Shown one piece after another: positions 40,701 through 54,000 of a stretch of DNA of 64,000 nt. The translations under genes and the position numbers were made by a program. The notes beneath the pieces were generated by a model. The model had not been told where the DNA came from, ran no database searches, and was given only the letters and a program-made list of their open reading frames with translations. This stretch comes from Balanoglossus misakiensis (lineage: Eukaryota; Animalia; Hemichordata), in NCBI GenBank assembly GCA_040954595.2, contig CM082593.2, positions 7,662,043 to 7,726,042 on the forward strand. The letters are read 5' to 3'. Positions within the stretch are counted from its first letter, which is position 1, and each line of letters starts with the position of its first letter.

Positions 40701-42103
40701 AAATCACCTTCAATTGTACTGAGGTCGTTCCTGTTGGTTTCTGCTCGGACAATTGTTTCATCGTACTGGGACATTTTGATAGCTTCCCGTTAAACTCGTA
40801 AAAAGTATTCCGTGAAGTCAGCACGCTGCACTGGCAATACTCAATATAGACATTAAAATACTAAATTTGCAAACTTCAGTGTTATAATGCGTGTAATCAA
40901 CGTGTATTTGGCATTACATTAGGTACGGTATGTCCACTGTCCGTGATGTATAGTAAAATGCAATCTGATTAAAATCAGATGTAGGGAACGGCGACGTGTT
41001 TTTTTATGCTGTGAGGCGACAGCATCAAAAAACCACGTCGCCGTTCCCTACATCTGATTTTAATCAGATTGAGTAAAATGAACACCTCATTTTCTGTATT
41101 ATCGACTGACTCCAGTCTTAGAAATATTTACATGATAGGATAAACATCTCTGCAGAGTACGGTACTGACCAAAGGCAGGCAGGTCCCAAGCACGAAATAT
41201 GTTTGCGCATTATTCAAATAGTAATTAAATTGTGGGAGATATTTGATGTAATATAACCAGGGCTTCACTGCCTTTTCTTCCTTCGTGTGACCCGGTTGTG
41301 TGTACGCTAACCTCTGGTCAAATTGATATTGAGACGAGTGGAGTGTTTTGTTTGTACGATTCATATGTAACACGACTTGACCTCCATGACCGTATCAGTT
41401 CAGATGTTACATGACGGTATGCAGTCGAACGGGCGGGGGGGGGGGGGGGGTGAAATTTGGACGCAAGTTGCTCTTCAATGCTTATATTTAAAACAGGATC
41501 CACCAGTAAAGTTCGTCGCCAGGGTCACTATTTACGAAAATAGCGTACCATGAGAGCAATTTATAACTTTGTTATTGACGCTTCGGCTGAGACTAGTTGC
41601 TATGCATAGTTTCGACTATATATATCCGGACACGTCCGCCATGTTGGAATGCTGAAGGAATTTTCTTATTTGCGTCTGCGCAATTGTTTCGTAATTGGCA
41701 CATTTTCAACACTTCATCGGCTTTATTCACGCAATTGTGACCTATATTTGAATTTTCTTTTCTGCGCAGTGAAAGGTAGAAACTTCATGTAGAAACATGC
41801 GTGATATACTATTGGCTTATAGTTTTTACCTGGGTATCGGGACGTGCGCAAAAAATGACAAGCATCGGTGCAGGTATATGCAAATATAGGCGTCATCGAG
41901 TGGAAGGACCTCTATTCTATTGTGCACAGGCTACTCAATGTAAATACATCAACGTTTAAAGAGCAAAAAAATTTAAAGGCGACTTCACACAAATACTGTC
42001 AACGACCTACCCGCGAAATGGTGAGAGGCTGGTTCTGTTCTTTTCCTCCGGTCAGACGGAAGCCCCACGGGCCAGGACTGACAAGACGCGCTTTAAATTG
42101 CAT
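33840..42103 (-). CDS. LIM-less PDZ-ZM protein of the ALP/Zasp family, paralog B (~370 aa)
   Basis: Exons 42103-42011 ([31 protein letters not shown]), 36078-35927 (rest of PDZ; GC donor), 35551-35050 (P/Q-rich), 34528-34386 (ZM motif [17 protein letters not shown]) and 34062-33840 ([15 protein letters not shown], then TAG). Total 1113 nt, in frame. Confidence 0.85.
40961..41071. mobile_element. Fold-back MITE with 9-bp TSD (Mutator-like)
   Basis: CAATCTGATTAAAATCAGATGTAGGGAACGGCGACGTG ... CACGTCGCCGTTCCCTACATCTGATTTTAATCAGATTG, flanked on both sides by AGTAAAATG. Confidence 0.9.
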
Positions 42104-43932
42104 TTCTTCGACGCTGACTCTCCGGTCCTGGCGTTCAGTATCACAGCTGACGCACTCTCAGTAACGGACCCTTTAGAAATGTCCGTACTGGCGAGCAATT
42201 TAGTCAAATCGGTTTACTTCCTCGACTCGACCGGTCGCCGAGATAAACCGTTGAACTCTCACTATGCACATGCGCGATTGGACCACAATAAGGTATTTTC
42301 AGAAATGTCTCAAGTAGCCATAACTCAAACAACGATTCAGACGACAGATGATGAGGTCTAAGTTCATTACGCATAAAAAAACAACCCAATGTTTGTGTCT
42401 GCTTTTATTGACATCAATTTCATTTCCGTGACATATCCGCTTTTCGTGAACTTTGAAAAAAAAAACTACAGAGATATAAATAGTGATGAATGCTATCACC
42501 AGATGACCCCGGAGTTACCCTTGTGTTCAAGGGTTTCCAGTGACGAATCCACTCCAGCTGTGTTATTTATTAGTACCCGTATGGCGGTAACATCAAACTG
42601 GCCGGCTTCATTCTAATATGCGCATCTGCAGACTCGTGCATGAAATATCTATGAATTAAGTCATGATAATAGCTAGTTAGATTTCATACGTTACCAGTCA
42701 CTTGGAATGTATAATATTTCAGTATTTGCTTAAGCTTCTGTGTTAGGATAATTGAAAGACATGTTTTACGTATTCTGTGAAGAGAGACAGAAAAAAACTC
42801 CAGAGAAATAAATACAGAGCAATGTTTGAGTGGCCCGTGTGTGTAAGTTAATTATGTAATCTCAGACAAGGATGACCTAAAGCAGGAGTTTCGAATTCAA
42901 AGCCAATACAACCAATCGTTTCAGCAATAAATACAATGAATATATCATATTTGATAATTGTGTTCTCTACAATTAATACAACTTTGACATCGCCTAATTC
43001 CAATAATCCATTATTTCGGCAAAAGAGTATAAGATACCGTCAACTTTTGATACTAAACTCGGACTCTGGATCAACACTTCTATAACGCGGGCGCATGTGC
43101 GCTCTTCATTCATGATGCCCACATTTTGATGTTTGAAATCTGTCTTCAAATAAACGATGATTCGTGTAACCACATGATAACTTTATCAGCCACTTTACAT
43201 GTGGTATCTTTGCGCATTGGTGATTGCATGTTTGTTTTTGCGGGCAAATGACCACAGTCAAAATCGAGTACTAGTATACTACATTTTGTATATGCGCATC
43301 TCAGCAAACGTTGTAAGTCTACAAAAATGCCATAATTAGCATACGATCAATTATTACGTTGATTGTGTTGTCAGCAAAATTCTTTTCCAGTGTCAGGTTG
43401 TTTTATTAACGTTGCTAAAATCATTACAATTTCAAGACATTGCAATATAGTAGGCCCCCTATAGGCAGTAATTATACATGTATATTGCAAAGACCAGCCC
43501 GTTGTTTGACTCTGATGTCAACAGGTGTATAGTAGGCGCTTTGCAATAAGAGTGAACTAAAGTTAATTTGGACCAAACAAAATTTCGGTGTAGAATGAAC
43601 TCAAAACATTGGCGTCCGAAGTTCACAACACGACGCTAGTGGTGGCCGGACGAACGACCGCTTGGAAAGGCTAATCCCTGTAAAAAAAATGCTGCAAGAG
43701 CCCGTGCCCTTCATAGAAAATGAAAAAATGAAAAAATGAAAAAATAAATAAATGAAAGTATTTTCTACATTAACACATGATCAGTTTAGATTAACAAATA
43801 TTTTTGTTATCCTTTCACCGGCCAAGATTTACAAAAAGTTGCGTTTCCCCCTTGTTTTCACGGACCGTGATGTTGGGAACAATTTTTCCGTGTTGTTGGG
43901 ACGGAACAAGCATGGTAACCGGGTACCCAGGG

Positions 43933-44039
43933 CAATCTGATTAAAATCAGATGTAGGGAACGGCGACGTAGTTTTTTATGCGAGGCGACAGCATAAAAAA
44001 CTACGTCGCCGTTCCCTACATATGATTTTAATCAGATTG
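43933..44039. mobile_element. Second copy of the fold-back MITE
   Basis: Same long inverted arms as 40961-41071; no clean TSD. Confidence 0.85.
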
Positions 44040-45086
44040 GTACAAATGGCTTCTTCCTCGGGAGCGCCACTGGCACCACCGGGGGTTTGCAAAGCAAAAT
44101 TATGCGATTAACTTCTCGCTTTCTGAAACTTTCAGAAAGCGAGCGGTTCGGTTCTGAGATTGCTATCTGTAGGGATCATTTCATCAACTTTGGTGCAGTA
44201 AATATCTGTATATGACAATGCTGTGCTGTTGACTTCTGAATAGACAACCATGTAACAGAAAAATTAAAACCCTGTGTAACTTCATGTAAATTATTTGAAT
44301 GAAAAAGTGAAATAAAAAAAAAAACAATGCCTTGATGTACGAAATAACGAATTGAGAACATAATTTAATGATAAAAGAATCGCTTGTTTAAAAATTCCAC
44401 TTACAGAAAATAATTGAAATAATGAAAAAATGAAATAATGCCTTAGGCCTAATGGGCGAAAAAAAAAAACAATTGAGAAAATAATTTAATGATAAAAGAA
44501 TGACCTGTTCCTGTCACCTCTAATTTACGTATGCCTATATATGGTGAAAAGGGTATGTATTGTTCGAATGACCATGTGGTGGCGCACTTTTTTCGTGTGT
44601 GCCACCCACTGGAAAACGGTGATTGGCTGTGTTTGAATTTTTTCAGTGTAAAAGTGGTTAAATTTGCCGCTAAGATAATTGTCAAAAATAAATTAAGCAA
44701 TTGGCTCTATGATTTGTGGGGAAAGCTGAATAGTGATATAAATTCTCGTTGAACGTGTGTTTCCTTTTGTTTAATAGGGATGACTGAAAAGATTTGGATT
44801 AACGTGAATCAGACAACACCTGCCCCAATGAAGAAAGTTTTAGAGCATGACTATCCCAGTCGTAACTCCAACCCAATCCACGCACTTGTCCAAATATAGT
44901 TGTGTTGTTATTCCGCCAATTTTGTGCCGTGCGCAAAAACTTTTTCACTGTGTGTGAAAATTCCACCAGTCTGGGGGTACCACTATCTATGTAAATTTAC
45001 ACACGGAATTCCTCTGTATATCGTCCGGTTTTGCCACAATTTGTCGATTCCGTGGATTGTGGGGCTAAAAGTTGCCAGCGTCAAAG

Positions 45087-48000
45087 ATGACGGAACAACT
45101 CTTCGCCGTAACCCTTGAGTGTCCACCGCCGTGGGGATTTCGATTGGCCGGTGGCATTGATTTCAACCTGCCGCTGACTATCTCTCGGGTGAGTGCATCA
45201 AGTATTGTATATTTATATTGGGTATCGAATTGTGCCATGCTTTAGTTTTCTGCCTGTTTTAATAGAAATAAGACAGTCGCCGATCGTCGTATACTAAATC
45301 TGTAATATATCGACGTCCCGTGATGAGTCGATCGCACAAACGGCGAATTACTGGGTCATCGGGGGTTGGGAAGGGGTGGTTGCGGAAGCGATGATCATCT
45401 CCGCGTCGTCTGGTTGCACACAAAGTGGGAGTGGTCCCCTAAAATGCAAATTATTACAGAACTTGTCAACAGCTGAAGTCATACAAGTAACCCATTGTTT
45501 TCGGGTAAACTCACTGAACAGTCCACAAAGAGACTCACTGTGAGTTTCGTTTGGACTTTTCTCGACTTTCTGACTCGACTATCCAGTCAGTACTAAGTTT
45601 GGTGGACTTTTTTTAACCAACTGTGGCTGGAGATGATGACCCAGCCTGTTGTTAAACTTGCTATCAGCTGTTTGACGGTGATCCATTCCCCATCACTGGG
45701 CCTCCCCAGCTCCAATGCCCTTCGAGCTCACATGAATTGTCACTCTCCCAAGTCTACTTTTTTCCCGTCTAGACCACATACACTTTAAACGCGAACAGGT
45801 GGATTTTTAATATACGGAATGCACGAAAACTAGCATGTATGTTCCACATTTTAATTAAACGGAAAGGGTATGGCCTATAGTCTATGAGGATTGTCATGTC
45901 GCCCACATACTTCCCATTCTTGAGTGCATTCTTCAAGACTTTGTGTTCTTGAAGACTGTATGCATGAAAACCAGCACGTATGAAAGAAGTGGCCCTCTCA
46001 TGATTAAATCTCTTGGATAAACTACTAAGAAATGTGAAGGAAAAAACGTTCAATAAGTAGCAGGGAAGAGATTAGGGAATTATGTCGTCTGCTAGGGTAA
46101 CAGTTGTAATTAATCCTCTTTATTTAGAGCTGATTAGCACTCCAAAATAAGCACTACAACCTTTTCCTTGACCAACCATATGCAGCTTTAGTCATCTCAG
46201 AGTCCGGATAACCTAAAATTTTAGTAGTATTTTTTTTACTTATGTTACTTTTGGCCAAAAAAAATAATTGTGGGATTCTATAAATAACCAGACCTACCCT
46301 ATTTTAAACCTGCCAGTCGACCCTAACCTTTTCATAGGTATCATGGTATGTCAATGTGGAATTTAAAAAAACATAATTTCTACAATACAAATACTACAAT
46401 GAAATGCCATTGATAATTGCACGCATGTTTTGATAAATAAAAAAATATATAAATAAATAAATAAATAGACAAAAAATGACCCCCAAAAATTATTATCCTA
46501 CAGTACTGACCTATTGTATTTCTCAAAAGCATATTGTTGGAGCAACAGAATTATTTGTTTAGTTTTATTTTTGGGGGTAATTGTGTGTGATATTCCTGCA
46601 CTCTTACCCAAATATGTAACTATTATATACATATGGCAAAAAAGAGAGAATTAAAAAAAAGAACATTTTCATGTGCATAACTCATTTTTACCAGGGTGTG
46701 GGTCTGGAATAAAAATAATTGATTTGGTTTGTGTTCATCCTTAATTATAAGTATCTGACTGGAGGCTGGTGACACAGACAGTCGCTTAGTGTTTTTACAA
46801 AGCCTTGCATTGTCTGTGCCAAAACTCTCAACTGTGAGAGTGTCAGCTGGGATCAGGTTAGCTCAACAGGTCCACATATTGACTGTAATCCTACACAATC
46901 TTTCTATGGTTCGTAGCTGTCGTCATTCACTAAACTCAGACTGTGCCAAAATAAACTGTTCTCAGCCTGAACCAATCACACTGAAGATATAGTGAAACTG
47001 AAAAGCTTATCAAAAGGACCTTGAGAAAAATTCCTTGCCACCACATTATACAGTATACAGAATTAATTTTCACTGGCATTTAATTTCACAATTTTGAACA
47101 CAACATTATATAGATCTACATGTACATATTGACGAGCTATGACATCAGGTTGTTTCCTGAATATGGCCAGTCAATATGTGATTTATAATAACACACCTTT
47201 TGGAATTTATGTTCAGAAGGTGGATGACATGGTACCATGTCATCCACCTTCTATGGTACCACTCAAGAAGTTTGAGTACAAGCAAACTTTGCTGCCCAGA
47301 CATTATTTAAGTCGTGCCATGGGAGCTTATTTGTTTATATCAGAAACTATGCCTGTACTGGAATTTTAAACTAATCCTGAATAGACCTGGGGAATTGATT
47401 TTGCCTTCACATGGATTTTTAACTTTGATTAGTGAGGATTATTGTGGTAAATATGTCTCCTGGCATTTTTGACCTCAAATGTCAGGGCTGGAAAAAAAAA
47501 TAGTTCTGGGGTGCTTCCAAATGTTTCTTACTTGATCAAGTGCGGACTGTGTCATTGACAATGACACAATTTTTTTCTCTCTTCTGCAGGTAACACCAGG
47601 TGGTAAGGCATCTTTGTCTCATATTCTACCGAATGATGTGGTGCTGCGTATTGATGGAGAAGACACAAGTCACATGACACATCTAGATGCACAGAACAAA
47701 ATAAAGAATTGCATGGGAGAATTAAGTCTTACTCTGTCAAGGTTGGTTATTCTCTGTTCAACTTCTGTCTGTGCTGGTGTTTATGCTTTAACCCTTTCAC
47801 CCCCATGGTTTGGTCCAAATCCATTGTTTTCTATGGTAAAGTTGGGACCTCTATTAATCTATAGAGGGAACTGGGGGTGAAAGGTTTAATGTACTAATTT
47901 CTACAGAGTTTATCCAATAGCTCTTTTCTCAGTGGTGCAGAGCTTTGAATGGAAGAATTGTTTGATGAGAATAGATGCATGGATTATGCATATTCATATT

Positions 48001-51000
48001 TGTCAGACTGGGAATAATAGAATCTCACACTCCCAAGGACCTGGGATCGTATTTCTCACACGAGTTGGGGATTTTTTGTCCCACAAGAGCTGCATGTAAA
48101 TATGCATGCATATTTACATACGGTATAAATACTGACAGACAAACAGACAGACATACAGAACTGCAGCTCTGCATTCACAGATACACACTTACTGACTGGT
48201 CCCAGTAAAGGTCCCAGCCTGCTTGCAGCAAATGATATCTAAAATGTCTGTTGCTATGCAAGGCAAAATGATACTTTTGCACAGTCTGTACATTATATGA
48301 CTGCTCAGCAGGTCAAAGGTGTATAGGTTACTGACATGTACCACCAAGCAGCTCTGATCAACATTCGCCAGTAAAAGAGATCACCAATCAAATTTTCATG
48401 GGAGTTTCAGTGGGAGGGTCGACACACAGAAATACGACACAGAAATAATCTGATATTTTTGCAATTGAAACTGGGCTGTGAAAATGCTGATGTTAACATT
48501 TAATATAACTTACTTGCGCTTTGACTTCTGTTAGTTTCAAGTCGTGCCAAGAAGCTGACATTGTCTTTTGTCACCAACTGCGCAAAATTTGAGAAAAAAA
48601 TTGGAAAAAGCTCTGGGGTTTATTTTTTGAAAGGAAACGACAAGTTGACTGTGGCATTGAACGAAACAAGTATCACTCATCTGTTCATAGCGTGCATCGA
48701 CGATGAAAATAATTTTTTTTAAACAACTGTAAGTTTGATCTATATCTGTTTAAAGATACAGGTATACAGACATTATTTCATTTTGTAGCTATGTACTGGA
48801 ATTTATGTAGTTTAAATGCTGCTTTTATTGTCTTGAAGTTCTTCAGTTGAGACTATCCAGCTGTTTGGTGCCACACCCATTGATGTCATTGACACTTGTA
48901 CACTTAATACCCACCAAGATGGGTGGGCTCGTCTGTTCTGGTACAGTAGGGTATCTGACAGAAATACTGTACAGTACTTAGTAGTCTTTTACTAATGAGT
49001 GTCTACATCATGACACGATTTGGAAATCAAGTTACACCTCTCCTGGTTTTCTAGCCAGCAGTCAAAAACTGTGCCAGTTTATACATAGTGTGCTGTTCAA
49101 GCATTCTAGATTTTCTTGTCTGTACACCTCGTGTCTATAATGATTTGGCTTTTTCTCATCTCAGTTCCCTGTTCAAGAATGTTGACTGCTCTATGTCTTA
49201 AATTTATGCGATATCCCCAGTGAGAAAATCTACAAATTCCTTTGAACGATGTCTTCAATTTTGCTCTAAAATTTTCATTTTAATGTGCATAACTAATGTT
49301 GACTAGTTTTGGAGCAGAATGGCAAATAGAAGTTGACTCTGTTGGGTTAAAGGTCATGGTGTCAACTAAAACTCTGGTTGGCTGGGTGCCATGGGGTCAA
49401 CTGTCTGTAATTGTTTGACTTTTCCAAAATAGCATTTGTCATTTTGTATTTGGACTATTTTGTCAATTTTTGGTGCGAATCAGCTGAATTTCTTGTTTAC
49501 TCCCTAAATCATGTTGAAACTCCAGTATTCATCTTGACAAGCAAAGCCTGCAGGTGTACGAGTATAATCTGTAATGCACTGGTCTGTGAGCTATAAATGA
49601 TTTAATGAAAGACAATGGATATCACAGCTAGTGTCATTGGTCTAGGGAGTTCCCATCTATGCACATCACACAGGGGCCTTATGAACTGGGCTGTCTGTCC
49701 ATCTTTCCATCAGATTGATTCTGTCTCACAGCCCAGTCCATAAGACCCCCTCTGTGATGTTCATTGATGGGAACCCTGGATTCAATGACACATCCATTGT
49801 CTTTTCATTATTTATAGACAGAGGCCAGTGTCTTGTGTCATGACACAATGCACAATACAGATTAATCAACAAGGTAATGTTATAGATATAATTCACTACA
49901 TATCCACATGTAGAATAACATAAATAGTATCTTGTATCAAACATAATTAATGAGAAAAGGGCAGCAAGAGAGAGACTTTGTCCCTTTAAGCAGATGATAA
50001 AGTTCTTCAAGTTTCTCTTTATCCTTGGCCAACAGACAACCATTTTGAATTAATAATTTAATACATATGTGCACATATGTGCTCTTGCATCCAGAGGCTG
50101 AATAAAAGGGTGCATCACCCATTTTTTATTTTGATAACTAGTTCACAGCCACAATGATAGGTTTATAATACATTTGTGTATACCCATCAGTAAGATTAAT
50201 CAATCAAAGTTTGATGTAAATTGTGAAAATAAAGCACAACATGGCAGGTATTGATTGGAGCTTTTAAGGAAAAATCCCAAGTTACTGTCATCGCAGTACT
50301 TGACTTACAATGTAAATAATGTCTGCGGTTCATCCAATATAAGTGATGTAATTTTTAGCTGCTACCTTAACTTTTCTACTGGTATGCTTTGATCATCTAC
50401 AGTGCATCACATTGGTGCGTTTCTGCTCCCTTATTTGGACAGTGGGCTAAATTTAGAACCTTGCCCTGAGAGCAGTGACGTGGAATTCTTTTTGCAGCCT
50501 GTGAACAGATGACTCATTAAACACCAGGTCACTAGGGCTTCTCATGTCAATATACATGTACAGTATACTGTAAAACGGGTTATTTTCGCGAGCAGGAAAT
50601 TTTCGCGAAATACGCGAGATCCAAAACAACGTGAAAATAAAAAGTTGCGTAAAATGTTTTTCAGAGATAACGATGCAGTGAAATATGAGATCGCGAAAAT
50701 TAATCCTCGCGTAACAGTTGCCTCTTTTGATATCGCGAAAATTTCCTGTCGCGAAAATTACCCGTTTTACAGTATTACTGCTTTAACTCTGCATAGTCTC
50801 ACTATGTTTGAAGGTCACAGGCTTCAAAGTAAACCTATCCTTCCATTACATGCTATTTAATTTCTAAATGACATGCTTCTTACTCCTGAAATGCATGAAA
50901 TACCATCTGGGTGAATGCAGTGTCAAGCAGCCCTGATATACGTTTTCGACAAGATACAGATTGTATACAGACTTTTCATGTCATTTTTGCCTTCCATTTG

Positions 51001-54000
51001 GTATGTGTATAGAATGTTGGTATGTTTGTATATGTTTGTATGTACTGGCAAGAAGAAAGATAAATTCAGACCTTTGAAGAAATCTTAACTTACTTAAGCT
51101 TTATTAATACAATACAATACAAAGTCTATAATTACATGTAGCTATTACTAAGAATAAAATTTGATTGTATTTTCAGCTAATCTTGATACATAAGTTGTAC
51201 ACAGCAATCTCAGAAATATTCCTCATAGTGTCATATATAGTTCATGCCATGATGATGTGTTCATATCTATGTAAATGCCTAATAAGCATTTGGCATGGCA
51301 ATGGATTTGCTGCCTCTTAGCCCATGTTTTCATATTAAAGGGACAAAGTCTCTCTCGCTGCCCCTTTTCCATTAATTATGTTTGATACAAGATACCGTTT
51401 ATGTTATTCTACATGTGGATATATAGTGAATCAAGGTTTGACCACACACAACTTCCATCCCGCTTGTAGACCCGAGAGTGAAAAAACTCGCCTAAACGAA
51501 TAATCGGTCTCTACCATTTATTCATTTTGATCGAGTTTTTACTCTCATATCATACAAGCGGGATGGAAGTTGTGTGTGGATGAACGTTCATTCACTACAT
51601 ATACAGTAAGTACCTTAACATAAACGGTGTCTTCAAACATACTTAATGAAACAAGGGCAGCGAGAGAGAGACTTTGTCCCTTTAAAGTGACTTGTTTTGG
51701 TTCTTCCCAGCATCTCATACAAGGATGTTATACATGACATTTACTCATAATAAATATTTTTGTGTCAACTTTGTTATTTCAGAGGAGAAGCCAAGATCTG
51801 GAAACCTAAAGTGACACCAATGAGTGCAGCTGAAGCAGGCCATCACAACACACCTCCCTATAAAGTCTCTTTGAAAGCTGATCAACAGGTAAATTCTACT
51901 CAGTGTCATTGGAATCTGATGTGTACGAGTCAGAGTCCATTAGAAGGCAGTGTGGTTAGAGCAAAGAATCATGGGTTCGAAACCATGGCATGTCAGAGTG
52001 TGGTGTTGATTCATTGAGAAGGACAATTTACCAGTCATTGCCCCTCCAAACCCAAGAGTAATGGGTACTGCCAGTAGACTCTGTCACAGTCCCTTAGTCT
52101 TTCACACTGGTCTGGTTCACTGTTGTACGGTAGGATGATGCCCCTTAGTGCAGTGAGGACAGACGATTTTGTTGAGCGAAACTCTGCTCTGCTCGGGGGC
52201 ATCCATCGTACAGACCAGTGGATCAAACTTTGGGGTTGTGAGAGAGTCTACATGGGTACCTTTTAGACACAGCTTAAAGTGAAGGGGTCGTCGCACCGCG
52301 TTTGTTTGTTTATAAACATTACAATTCATCCACCAATCCCTGAAATTAGATAATTCTTAGAATGAACGAAGTAGCCAACCGTAGCGTAGACTGGGCATGA
52401 CAGCAACTGAAGATCCTAGTAGGTCGTGGCGACTGCAGTGGGGTTTGTGCTGGTATGGGAGGACATATTCTCATCAAGGGGGACGACCCCTTCCCTTTAA
52501 TCAAGTTATAGTGCCGTACAAGATGTTTTAGCACCCATAATTTCATGTAGATATCTGTGATAGACTTGTACTTGAATTGTGACGGTGTTCTCAAATTCTC
52601 ATAATTTATTCACGATGTTATCCGCTTTCCAGGATGACTATTCTGGTATTGGGAGTTCTCACAATGTAACAGCCAAACCTTTCCCGGGATCAGGAACAGC
52701 CAAGGTTGTACATCTGCAGTACAATTCCCCAGTCGGAATTTACTCTGCTCAGAATATTGCGGAAACATTCAAAGGACAAACAGAGGGATTGATAACCGGA
52801 GTTGCAGGAGGGTGAGTATATCAGGAATACTGTAAAACACTTTATTTTCACGAGTTAAAATTTTTGCGATATCGCGTTCTCTTATTTCATTCACTGCATC
52901 GTTATCTTCAGAAAAAATTTACGCGACTTTTTATTTTCACGCTATTTTGGCTCTCGCGTATTTCACGAAAATTTATTGCTCGCGAAAATAGAAGTGTTTT
53001 ACAGGATTCCAAGACACAGAAATGAAGTCAGTCTTTTTTGATGTACATGTAATTTTATTTGAAGTCAGAAGTTATATATTCACTATATATCCACATATAG
53101 AATAACATAAACAGTGCCTTGTATTAAACATAATTAATAAAAAAGGGCAGCGAGAGAGAGACTTTGTCCTTTTAACACTCGAAGATATAAATTTTTATCC
53201 CACATTTAACTTTCTTTGACAGTGAGGAACCTGCCCCAGTTGACCCTGGTTCTGGATCATACCAAGCGGTTCACGGGGGTGGGCCCTATCAGGGCTACCA
53301 GAACCCAGCCAGCCAATCAAGATCTTTCAAGATGCTTCAGGATATGACAGATCAAGACTACCCAGGTGGTGGTGCCCCTCCAACTGGTATGTGTCGTTTA
53401 AGTCATCAGTTTTTCTATCTGGACTCTGATGTTGCTAAAATGTCTTCTGTTTCAGCTTTTACACTCTCTGATAATTAATGTCTGTATTGTGACACACATT
53501 GATATACTATAGGCTTTACTCACACAATTATGTACATGTACAATGAACATATGAGGATTTTGTGAGTGAAGTTGGCAAGTTACGTGTACCATTATATGTC
53601 AGTGTTTCATACATGGAACTTTTGTACATACAACTTACAAAACAGTATTTTGTGCATACACATACATATACATCTGTGATTGTCTATTTTAGGTCTACTT
53701 CCAGGCATTTTCATACATGTAATTCAAAGTGATTTCAATCTTATTATTGGAATTTTTTGTATTTTTTAAGGGTGTTTGTGAGGGAAATACGTAGTAGAGA
53801 CATTTTAGCCCTTTCACCCCCATTTCCTTGTGTAAAGGTCCAGCATAGCTGTTGAAAACAATGGAGTTGGACCCAAACCATGGTGGTGAAAGGGTTAAAT
53901 CATATACATGTAGACTAACTGCATGATTGTAATTCACAACAAACTTGGGTGTGTTTATAATACTAATGCATGTGTTGTGTTCTATCCTGGAGTAAGACAG

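Noticed and set aside
42104-45086. Muscle CArG/MEF2 sites in the divergent promoter
   Set aside because: I found only imperfect matches by eye, which is not supportable in AT-rich DNA.
51944-52000. Possible tRNA gene
   Set aside because: A/B-box-like motifs are present, but the spacing is too short and no cloverleaf forms; a SINE head is more likely.
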